From positions 36,084,001 through 36,148,000 of the forward strand of contig OZ024752.1 of NCBI GenBank assembly GCA_964016885.1: a stretch of 64,000 bases of DNA, written 5' to 3'. Positions 40,406-51,354 of this stretch are shown piece after piece (position 1 is the first letter of the stretch; every line of letters begins with the position of its first letter). A program made the position numbers and the translations under genes. The notes beneath the pieces were generated by a model. It worked only from the letters and a program-made list of their open reading frames with translations. It was not told the origin of the DNA and did no database searches. The DNA comes from Eledone cirrhosa (Eukaryota).

Positions 40406-40517
40406 CGTATATTATATATACATATATTATATATACATATTATGTATATATATATATATAATATATATATATATTGTATATATGTATATTATATATATAT
40501 TGTATATATATATTGTA

Positions 40518-41310
40518 TGAGTAGAAAAGAGGACAAAACCCTGATTCCGTCAGGGAAATGGCCATGTTCGATATGCGGAAAAGGAACTGGCATAAATTCT
40601 ATAAAATGCACACAATGCAGATACTGGGTACACAAGAGATGTAGCGGGATAGCAGGCAAACTAACAGGGAGATGCAGGAGGGCGCTATAGAAGTGGTGGA
40701 TAGCTTCCGGTACCTAGGAGATCAGATTAGCATGGTAGGAGGGTGTTCCGAGGCCATAGTATCTAGAATAAGGACGGGTTGGAAGAAGTTTAGGGAGCTG
40801 CTTCCTCTGTTCACGAAGAAGGGTTTCTCCCTGCATACGAAAGGCCGGTTGTATGATGCCTGTGTGAGAAGCGCGATGCTGCATGGTAGTGAGACATGGG
40901 CTGCAACTGCAGAGGATATGCGATGGCTGGAGAGAAATGAGGCAAGCATGCTCCGTTGGATGTACAGTGTAAATGTGCGTGAACGACCCAGCATAAATGG
41001 GTTGAGAGAGAAACTGTGTCTGAGAGGGATAGAATGTAGTGTACGGGAGAGGAGACTGAGGTGGTATGGACATGTGATGCGCATGGAGGATGACCGATGG
41101 GTGAAGAAGTGCCAGGAATTGCCAGTTGAAGGAAGACGTGGTAGAAGTAGACCACGAAAAACATGGGCGGAGGTGGTGAGAACAGACCTCAGATCATTGA
41201 AGCTCACGGTGGAGATGACGAAGTACCGTGACGAGTGGAGAGATGCTGTGCTGAATAAGACCCGTCCCACCCTTGCAAGCAGGGAAAAGCGGACGTAAAA
41301 TGATGATGAT
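40518..41310 (+). mobile_element. RTE LINE 3' fragment with Cys/His (PHD-like) segment
   Basis: 'WPCSICGKG..CTQCRYWVHKRCSG' followed by ORF 40672-41298. Confidence 0.9.
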
Positions 41311-41374
41311 ATATATATATAATATATATATATTGTATATATGTATATTATATATATATTGTATATATATATTG

Positions 41375-41407
<33 letters not shown>

Positions 41408-41830
41408 TGTATATATATATATGTATATATAATATATATATTATATATATATATATTATATATATATATATAGTATATATATATATATTATATATATAGT
41501 ATATATATATATATTATATATATATATATAGTATATATATATATATTATATATATATATATAGTATATATATATATAGTTTTCCAAAAGATGTCAACATA
41601 TATACTTATATATATATATATATATAAAATATTAAAAAAATAATGAATAAAACAATGAAACAGTTCCTTATATTAAACAAAAAAAGTTCATTATTTAACG
41701 ATCGTTTCTAGGATATATATGTGTTAGAATTGGCATGCATATTCAACAGATCTATGTACAAAATTATACAAACTATCATTGAGTTCTTCATACGGATTGG
41801 ACACTACCGTAAACTCTTGGTAGATTTATC

Positions 41831-41868
<38 letters not shown>

Positions 41869-41873
41869 GATAA

Positions 41874-41907
<34 letters not shown>

Positions 41908-42295
41908 TTTCCAATAGATGTCAACATTTATATATATATATATATATATATACAATCTGAAGCATAAAGACAATATGCCCCCACCCCTCCTAGTGCATGT
42001 GGTCATGGTGGTGTCACGACAATAAAGCACCCAGCCCACACTGTAAATGAGTTTGTTGTTAGGAAGGGCATCCAGCTGTAGAAATCGAAGCAAAATCAGT
42101 TCCCATATGAGCAAGACAGGGTCACCCGACCTGGCACTGCCCACAACAAGACAACCCGTCTAACCCATGCTAGCGTGGAAGAATGGACGTAAAAGGGTGG
42201 TGATGATGATGATATATATATATATATATCCAAGGAAAACTTGAACCGTTAAGATATTTTTCTTGGTTATGTCAAAATTTATAAAACAAACTTTG

Positions 42296-42357
42296 ATTTT
42301 ATCTGATGAAAGCGTACCAATGTTGTCTTGGTACCCTTGAAATATATATAATAAAAT
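42296..42357 (+). ncRNA. Type I hammerhead ribozyme, canonical core
   Basis: Stem I ATTTTAT/ATAAAAT. CTGATGA. Stem II AAG-c-GTACCAA/TTGGTAC-c-CTT. GAAA. Palindromic stem III ATATATAT. AUA site after 42350. Confidence 0.75.
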
Positions 42358-42404
42358 AAATATGGTTTTATAAATATAGTTTTCCATTTATTTAATATCA
42401 TTGT

Positions 42405-42450
<46 letters not shown>

Positions 42451-42583
42451 GAATGGGTAGGACGCCGACGGCTTGAGCTCAGCCGTCGGGGTCCTACTCG
42501 TTCCTATTACCCACTCTACTACCCTAAGTATTGAGTACTTTGGTGCGTTATGGTCCACCTGGTTCCTTACCACATTTCCTTCG

Positions 42584-42627
<44 letters not shown>

Positions 42628-42826
42628 GTAGGTCCCGGGTTGAGTCGGGGATAACCACAGTAAGTAAGGTACTCAATACATGGCAGAGTAAAACATTTTT
42701 TATTGTATAGAAGGAGCTTCTACAGGACTAGTACTGTTTCATTCAGATGAAATCTTCAGGAAGCGCTTCCTGAAGATTTCATCTGAATGAAACAGTACTA
42801 GTCCTGTAGAAGCTCCTTCTATTCAA

Positions 42827-42857
<31 letters not shown>

Positions 42858-43204
42858 GTAGATAAATCTACCAAGAGTTTACGGTAGTGTCCAATCCGTA
42901 TGAAGAACTCAATGTAATCCGGATATCATGGAAAGAAGAGATGCATTCAAAAATCACTTTCGGTGAAAGATAAACGGAATACAGAGTCAAGATAAAGTAT
43001 TAAAAAAATAATGAATAAAACAATGAAACAGTTCCTTATATTAAACAAAAAAAGTTCATTATTTAACGATCGTTTCTAGGACATATATGTGTTAGAATTG
43101 GCATGCATATTCAACAGATCTATGTACAAAATTATACAAAATTATACAAACTATCAAATTTAATATACATACCAAACACACATATGCCGTCTTCAGAAAT
43201 AAAG

Positions 43205-43351
43205 ATTATTTCTGAAGACGGCATATGTATGTGTTGGTATCTATATTAAATTTGATAGTTTGTATAATTTTGTATAATTTTGTACATAGATCTGTTGAAT
43301 ATGCATGCCAATTCTAACACATATATGTCCTAGAAACGATCGTTAAATAAT
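43205..43351 (+). ncRNA. Type I hammerhead-like fold with long stem II (inverted twin at 43059-43202, minus strand)
   Basis: Stem I ATTATTT/AAATAAT. CTGAAGA. Stem II GGCATATGT.../...ACATATATGTC. GAAAC. Palindromic stem III ACGATCGT. GUU site. Confidence 0.65.
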
Positions 43352-43410
43352 GAACTTTTTTTGTTTAATATAAGGAACTGTTTCATTGTTTTATTCATTA
43401 TTTTTTTAAT

Positions 43411-43466
<56 letters not shown>

Positions 43467-43700
43467 TTATAAATACACAGATACATGCGGACACACACAT
43501 ATATACATGAATGCATCCGCACCCAACTGTGAGTTAAGGGTGCCAACTTCACCGATGTTGCTCAATGAATGACTGGGACAGACCAATTCAGTTTGAACCA
43601 GACTGAACCAGTATCAGAGTTAAAAATACATTATGAAGAGAGAAGAAACATTTAGATATAATTAGTAATAAAATGTATCATACCTAAACTGCTCCTAAAT

Positions 43701-43788
43701 TCCTCGACTACGTAGTTTCGTGGCATAAACAAAAACAATATATGAAAGATATAGAGTCCTTGCGAGGTCTGCCGACTTATCAAGAGGA
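43701..43788 (-). ncRNA. Hammerhead ribozyme, copy in 591-bp unit
   Basis: Reverse complement of 45533-45620. Confidence 0.78.
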
Positions 43789-44291
43789 TACCTCATTTTA
43801 CTAGTCTCAAGAACGCGTCTACACGACGTGAGAAAGAATCCCAAAAGGCGGAGGGGGAGATAGTCACGCGATATAACGGTCGAGAAACAGAGCTAAGCCT
43901 CTTATAACCACGAAGAAAATACCACGGAGGCGGAGGGGGTATTCATATCGAGGCCGTAGAAGAGGTAGTGAAGAAGGCGAGAAGTATGAGTAATGGAAGC
44001 TTTCCAATTGTCCCCACACTTCAAAGATTGCTCGACCAGAGGGAGTTATTAATATATTTATAAACACACAGATACATGCGGACACACACATATATACATG
44101 AATGCATCCGCACCCAACTATGAGTTAAGGGTGCCAACTTCACCGATGTTGCTCAATGAATGACTGGGACAGACCAATTCAGTTTGAACCAGACTGAACC
44201 AGTATCAGAGTTAAAAATACATTATGAAGAGAGAAGAAACATTTAGATATAATTAGTAATAAAATGTATCATACCTAAACTGCTCCTAAAT

Positions 44292-44379
44292 TCCTCGACT
44301 ACGTAGTTTCGTGGCATAAACAAAAACAATATATGAAAGATATAGAGTCCTTGCGAGGTCTGCCGACTTATCAAGAGGA
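44292..44379 (-). ncRNA. Hammerhead ribozyme, copy in 591-bp unit
   Basis: Reverse complement of 45533-45620. Confidence 0.78.
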
Positions 44380-44882
44380 TACCTCATTTTACTAGTCTCA
44401 AGAACGCGTCTACACGACGTGAGAAAGAATCCCAAAAGGCGGAGGGGGAGATAGTCACGCGATATAACGGTCTAGAAACAGAGCTAAGCCTCTTATAACC
44501 ACGAAGAAAATACCACGGAGGCGGAGGGGGTATTCATATCGAGGCCGTAGAAGAGGTAGTGAAGAAGGCGAGAAGTATGAGTAATGGAAGCTTTCCAATT
44601 GTCCCCACACTTCAAAGATTGCTCGACCAGAGGGAGTTATTAATATATTTATAAACACACAGATACATGCGGACACACACATATATACATGAATGCATCC
44701 GCACCCAACTGTGAGTTAAGGGTGCCAACTTCACCGATGTTGCTCAATGAATGACTGGGACAGACCAATTCAGTTTGAACCAGACTGAACCAGAATCAGA
44801 GTTAAAAATACATTATGAAGAGAGAAGAAACATTTAGATATAATTAGTAATAAAATGTATCATACCTAAACTGCTCCTAAAT

Positions 44883-44970
44883 TCTTCGACTACGTAGTTT
44901 CGTGGCATAAACAAAAACAATATATGAAAGATATAGAGTCCTTGCGAGGTCTGCCGACTTATCAAGAGGA
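44883..44970 (-). ncRNA. Hammerhead ribozyme copy with one stem I mismatch
   Basis: As above, but the 3' strand of stem I reads GAAGA instead of GAGGA. Confidence 0.65.
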
Positions 44971-45532
44971 TACCTCATTTTACTAGTCTCAAGAACGCGT
45001 CTACACGACGTGAGAAAGAATCCCAAAAGGCGGAGGGGGAGATAGTCACGCGATATAACGGTCGAGAAACAGAGCTAAGCCTCTTATAACCACGAAGAAA
45101 ATACCACGGAGGCGGAGGGGGTATTCATATCGAGGCCGTAGAAGAGGTAGTGAAGAAGGCGAGAAGTATGAGTAATGGAAGCTTTCCAATTGTCCCCACA
45201 CTTCAAAGATTGCTCGACCAGAGGGAGTTATTAATATATTTATAAACACACAGATACATGCGGACACACACATATATACATCTGGTCGAGCAATCTTTGA
45301 AGTGTGGGGACAATTGGAAAGCTTCCATTACTCATACTTCTCGCCTTCTTCACTACCTCTTCTACGGCCTCGATATGAATACCCCCTCCGCCTCCGTGGT
45401 ATTTTCTTCGTGGTTATAAGAGGCTTAGCTCTGTTTCTCGACCGTTATATCGCGTGACTATCTCCCCCTCCGCCTTTTGGGATTCTTTCTCACGTCGTGT
45501 AGACGCGTTCTTGAGACTAGTAAAATGAGGTA

Positions 45533-45620
45533 TCCTCTTGATAAGTCGGCAGACCTCGCAAGGACTCTATATCTTTCATATATTGTTTTTGTTTATGCCA
45601 CGAAACTACGTAGTCGAGGA
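45533..45620 (+). ncRNA. Type I hammerhead ribozyme, U3-A8 core variant
   Basis: Stem I TCCTC/GAGGA. Core TTGATAA. Stem II GT(C)GGCA/TGCCAC. GAAAC. Palindromic stem III ACTACGTAGT. GUC cleavage after 45615. Confidence 0.78.
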
Positions 45621-46123
45621 ATTTAGGAGCAGTTTAGGTATGATACATTTTATTACTAATTATATCTAAATGTTTCTTCTCTCTTCATAATGTATTTTTA
45701 ACTCTGATACTGGTTCAGTCTGGTTCAAACTGAATTGGTCTGTCCCAGTCATTCATTGAGCAACATCGGTGAAGTTGGCACCCTTAACTCACAGTTGGGT
45801 GCGGATGCATTCATGTATATATGTGTGTGTCCGCATGTATCTGTGTGTTTATAAATATATTAATAACTCCCTCTGGTCGAGCAATCTTTGAAGTGTGGGG
45901 ACAATTGGAAAGCTTCCATTACTCATACTTCTCGCCTTCTTCACTACCTCTTCTACGGCCTCGATATGAATACCCCCTCCGCCTCCGTGGTATTTTCTTC
46001 GTGGTTATAAGAGGCTTAGCTCTGTTTCTCGACCGTTATATCGCGTGACTATCTCCCCCTCCGCCTTTTGGGATTCTTTCTCACGTCGTGTAGACGCGTT
46101 CTTGAGACTAGTAAAATGAGGTA

Positions 46124-46211
46124 TCCTCTTGATAAGTCGGCAGACCTCGCAAGGACTCTATATCTTTCATATATTGTTTTTGTTTATGCCACGAAACTAC
46201 GTAGTCGAGGA
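46124..46211 (+). ncRNA. Hammerhead ribozyme, copy in 591-bp unit
   Basis: Same sequence as 45533-45620. Confidence 0.78.
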
Positions 46212-46319
46212 ATTTAGGAGCAGTTTAGGTATGATACATTTTATTACTAATTATATCTAAATGTTTCTTCTCTCTTCATAATGTATATATATATATATGT
46301 ATATGTATATCATCATCAT

Positions 46320-47245
46320 CATCATCATCAGGTTTAGCGTCCGTGTTCCACGCTTGCATAGGTTTGGACGGGGGTTTTCCCACTTGAGGCAAGAGTGGTT
46401 GTCTTGCTCGCATAGGACTGTCTGGCGGGTTTTCTACAGTTGGATGCCCTTCCTAACACCAACCACATTTACAGTGTGGGGCTGGGAGGTTTTTACCGTG
46501 TTGCCTACACGGCCACATTACAGCGTGGACTGTCTGGCGGGTTTTCTACAGCTGGATGCCCTTCCTAACACCAACCACATTTACAGTGTGGGGCTGGGAG
46601 GTTTTTACCGTGTTGCCTACACGGCCACATTACAGCGTGGACTGTCTGGCGGGTTTTCTACAGCTGGATGCCCTTCCTAACACCAACCACATTTACAGTG
46701 TGGGGCTGGGAGGTTTTTACCGTGTTGCCTACACGGCCACATTACAGCGTGGACTGTCTGGCGGGTTTTCTACAGCTGGATGCCCTTCCTAACACCAACC
46801 ACATTTACAGTGTGGGGCTGGGAGGTTTTTACCGTGTTGCCTACACGGCTACATTTACAGCGTGGACTGTCTGGCGGGTTTTCTACAGCTGGATGCCCTT
46901 CCTAACACCAACCACATTTACAGTGTGGGGCTGGGAGGTTTTTACCGTGTTGCCTACACGGCCACATTTACAGCGTGGACTGTCTGGCGGGTTTTCTACA
47001 GCTGGATGCCCTTCCTAACACCAACCACATTTACAGTGTGGGGCTGGGAGGTTTTTACCGTGTTGCCTACACGGCCACATTTACAGCGTGGACTGTGTGT
47101 TTTTTTTTGTCGTGACACCTACACGATCTCATTTGTTTCGGCCTGGATGTTGTGGGACCAACATAACTGTACATTGAAAGGGGCGGTGTGGATGGGGTGG
47201 AGGTGGTGGGACGGGGGGGTGTTTTGATAGAGATGCCTACTGACT
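46320..47245 (-). repeat. SINE-tail-like element containing a 112-113-bp tandem array (about 6 units). A shorter copy lies at 23207-23682 in the opposite orientation
   Basis: Repeated 'ggatgcccttcctaacaccaaccacatttacagtgtggggctgg'. Confidence 0.85.
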
Positions 47246-47444
47246 GTGTATATATATATATATATATACACACATTATCGTGTTGTCAGTTAACATTATA
47301 AAAGAAATTATCTTATGCAATCAGGTCAGAGTTTATAACTTTACGGATGTAAACTATGTCGATTTATTACAGACGTGTAAGTTGAGTAGGGAACAGAGTT
47401 ACGTGCCCTTAAGTATATACCATTTAGTCCAACATTTGGATGAA

Positions 47445-47503
47445 ATGGAAATGGATCACAGCGGAAAACAGCCATCAAAAAAACCTCATGTCAACATGCT
47501 TGA
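47445..47503 (+). CDS. EEF1AKMT1-like methyltransferase, candidate first coding exon
   Basis: MEMDHSGKQPSKKPHVNML-GA then gtaagt donor. Phase 2 matches the acceptor at 49818. Confidence 0.55.
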
Positions 47504-49436
47504 GTAAGTATGCATATATTTGTAATATTGAGTAAGTAGGCATATATTTGTAGCATTCGAGTTTAGCTTTCTTAAATCAACTCAAAATTAGAAATGCAAA
47601 AATGAAACTACTATTGTATTAACAATACTTCCTGGTCGAAGTTTTAAGTTTTACAAACGACAAATTTTGTTAAAAACATTCTAATTTTTTTTTTTAATTG
47701 GAAAACCGTGGAATACAAATGTGAAAGACACACACACACACACACACAAAAAAAAAATAAAGTGTTCAAGATGCTTTCATTGACAGGAATTGCACGGGCT
47801 GTTGAGGGGTAAACCGACTCTGGTATTTAGCAGACTGTTAAACACGGCGCGCTTTTACTATAGTCTGCGTTACCCCTCAACAGCCCTGCAATTCCTGTCA
47901 ATGAAAGCATTTTGAACACTTTATTTTTTTTTTGTTTTTGTGTGTGTGTCTCTCACATTTGTATTCCACGAATTTCCAATTAAAAAAAAAAATTAGAATG
48001 TTTTTAACGAAATTTGTCGTTTGTAAAACTTAAAACTTCAACCAGGAAGTATTATGAATAAATCCCGCCGAGGTTTACTATGCCTTTTCTCCGTACGGGG
48101 TCGATAAAATAAAATACCAGTAATGCACGGGGGTGAGGGTCCTTTGCAGCATGTTTAGAGGTAAGATTAGTTGGTAGCACGAAAAAAAACGAGGGGGAAA
48201 AATAGTAAAGAAAACGGCCGGTCTCAAAAGGAATATTTGGCGAGTGAGTCGGATGTCAGATCGGTTGAAAACAAACGAAAATTCTTCAGAAAAGACAAAA
48301 AAAAAAAATCCCACCGAGACTGGAAAAATCCGGGCTCTCTCCTCCCACCCCCAATTTCATTTTCGAGGGAAGGGGGAATCGATTGTGAGCATGTCGAAGG
48401 TCAGAACTTGTTGAAATCACGAAAAGAGAAAAAAAAAAGGGAAAAAAATTCTCTAAGCCAGCCCCAGTGGGTGCTTTTCTATAAATTTACCAATATATAT
48501 TGTTTCTACTTTTGGCACAAGGCCAGCAATTACCCAGTGTATTACTGGTACTTTATTTTATCGACCCAGTAAGGATGAAAGGCAAAGTTAACCTCGGCGG
48601 GATTTGAACTCATAATGGCAAGGGCCATAACTCTATGCGTCAAAGCATGGTGTCCGACCCTCTACCGATACTGCCAATCCACCGGCGCTTTACCAATATA
48701 TATTGGGATTAAACTCGGCTTGGCCTGGCCCAAGTGAGACTGGCAGACAGAAACACATGGTGCGGGATGCAAAGGAGTGCTGTCAGGCAAGCCCCACCCC
48801 CAAATAGGGATTAATTGTGTCCCGCATAATCAAAAACTGGTTGATGATATATATATATATATATAATATATATAGGCATACGTCAAAACGGCCGGTCTCA
48901 AAAGTGAAACTAATTTTTGACAGTTACGTACACGTTATAAGAGTTATTTAAATTTATATATATAAAATAAAGGAGCAAATAAGAGCATGATATAAAGTCA
49001 GTCATGTGTGTGTGTATATATGTGTGTGTGGGTATATGTGTGTGTGTGTATGTAAACGAATGTAAAAGAATATATATAGATAAGGTTTGCTAGAATTTTA
49101 CACACACACACGTGTATATATTATAGTGTGTATGTGTGCATATATGTGTATATGTGTGTGTACTTTTACATTCGTTTACACACACACATGACTGACTTCA
49201 TATCATGCTCTTATTTGCTCCTTTATTTTATATATATAAATTTAAATAACTCTTATATGCCAAGAAAACTAGGGTAGGGTGTGAAAAGTTTGAGCTCGCC
49301 CCTCCCTTTTCCGGGGGCAATGTTCATTGCACAATTTTAGAGGGTAAATTTAATTGATAGCACACGAAAAAAAAAAAAAAAAACGATTTTTCCCACTAAA
49401 ATCGATGATAGTGTTGACACACACACACAGATAAAC

Positions 49437-49640
49437 TACAAGGGTCGGATGAAAAGTTCATAGGCTGACCAAGATACGCTCATGGAATGACCAAATGAGG
49501 TTTATTTTTCAACATAGTCCCTGGAAAGAAACAAGGCAGTTATTAAGAAGTAGAGTTGAAATTAATGCATGCTAGATTTCACAGCTCTAACATCGCTCCT
49601 TCATAGTCAGCCTATGAACTTTTCAGCCAACTTTCATACT
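49437..49640. mobile_element. Short mariner-like MITE
   Basis: Inverted termini 'gaaaagttcataggctgac' / 'gtcagcctatgaacttttc'. Confidence 0.55.
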
Positions 49641-49817
49641 ATTACCAGGCAATTTTGTTTAAAATTACACCTGTCTTGTTTATGATAATAATTGTTTCTA
49701 CTTTAGGCACAAGGCCAGCAATTACCCAGTACATTACTGGTACTTTATTTTATCGATAATAATGATGATGGTGGTGGTCATGATAATGATGATTGTGACT
49801 TTAATGTTTTCTCACAG

Positions 49818-49956
49818 GAAAAAGGAGTCTCACAAAAGGTGTTATACTTGGATATCAAGTGATGAGAGCAGTGAATCTGATGATGAACAATATAGAGTAG
49901 AAATTTACGAAGAAAAACAAGGCGTTACGGAAGAAGAAAAAGAGACTGAAAACTGG
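49818..49956 (+). CDS. EEF1AKMT1/N6AMT2-like exon
   Basis: cag/gtaaat. Acidic stretch SSDESSESDDEQ ending ...ETENW, the first half of the conserved E[ND]WQLSQFWY motif. Confidence 0.8.
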
Positions 49957-50089
49957 GTAAATTTATTATAAAATATATTCAAAATTAAATGTCTTTTATG
50001 ATTTCTTCAGTACATCAGATGAAATGTTTTGTAGTATCTATTCTTGCTCGTAGTGCTCTAAGTTCAAATCCCACCGAGGTCAATTCTTT

Positions 50090-50580
50090 CATATGTATCC
50101 ATGCCCAGGGAACGCCTTGCTTCCCTGGGCATGGATACATTGAAGCTCCGACGCCTGGCAACTGACTTGGTAAACACCCACAAAATTGTTAACCATCTTG
50201 CCAACAACAACCCTGAGTACCTTTTTGATTTCCATGTGTCTAACACACGTGGGCATGCCCACAAAGTCAGAAAACAGCACAGCTCCCATGACTTTCGGAA
50301 ACATTTTTTTCACGCTCAGAGTTGCTGAAGCATGGAACAAACTACCTGCATCGGTTGTTAGCTGTTGAGACACTGCATCCTTTAAGGCCTCCATACTTCC
50401 CGAGATTCGCCAACACTAGACCTAATGTTCCCCCTCCATACACATGCACACATGTATATCATGACTCATACACTATTCACTTCCCTGACATTTGTATATT
50501 ATTCTATGTACTATACATGCACCTTTGATGAGTTGTAGTGCACCTGAGCACTTTACACAATAATTTCATTATTATTATTA
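50090..50580 (+). mobile_element. CR1/L2-type LINE 3' end
   Basis: 'LDTLKLRRLATDL'-like, 'TRGH' and 'RVAEAWNKLP' motifs with an (ATT)n tail. A related 3' end lies at about 14610-14880 on the minus strand. Confidence 0.85.
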
Positions 50581-50865
50581 TAGTCAGCCTATGAACTTTT
50601 CAGCCCTCTATATGATTTATAACCATCTGAATTGTTATTAACCTTTTAGGATTTAAACTGGCCATATCCAGCCAGAATTCTCTCACCTCTTTCTGTTCAA
50701 ACCGGCCCCTTAAACAGACTTTAAGATATTGTTCTCAAAATAAATAATATCAAAATCTCATAGATTCAGTATTATGTGAGATAAAACCTTTACCATGAAA
50801 ATACAATAGTAAATATAAAGTAATGTAAATGCTATGTGAGATAACATTTTTCTTTTTTTTTGAGA

Positions 50866-51354
50866 ATAGTAGTTTTATTTACAATAGTAGTTTTATTTAC
50901 AATAGTAGTTTTATTTACAATAGTAGTTTTATTTACATAGTAGTTTTATTTACAATAGTAGTTTTATTTACAATAGTAGTTTTATTTACAATAGTAGTTT
51001 TATTTACAATAGTAGTTTTATTTACAATAGTAGTTTTATTTACAATAGTAGTTTTATTTACAATAGTAGTTTTATTTACAATAGTAGTTTTATTTACAAT
51101 AGTAGTTTTATTTACAATAGTAGTTTTATTTACAATAGTAGTTTTATTTACAATAGTAGTTTTATTTACAATAGTAGTTTTATTTACAATAGTAGTTTTA
51201 TTTACAATAGTAGTTTTATTTACAATAGTAGTTTTATTTACAATAGTAGTTTTATTTACAATAGTAGTTTTATTTACAATAGTAGTTTTATTTACAATAG
51301 TAGTTTTATTTACAATAGTAGTTTTATTTACAATAGTAGTTTTATTTACAATAG
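50866..51354. repeat. 18-bp minisatellite (AATAGTAGTTTTATTTAC)n
   Basis: About 27 near-perfect copies. Confidence 0.95.

Larger units (their letters stand above)
43460..46283. mobile_element. 591-bp tandem repeat (about 3.1 copies, then about 1.7 inverted copies) with one hammerhead ribozyme per unit; retrozyme/Penelope-pLTR-like
   Basis: Identical ORFs at 43864, 44455 and 45046 give a period of 591. Orientation flips at 45281. Both ends abut (TA)n. Confidence 0.8.

Noticed and set aside
43864-46048. Four identical 75-aa ORFs
   Set aside because: They are by-products of the 591-bp repeat, start in a (TG) tract and show no recognisable domain.
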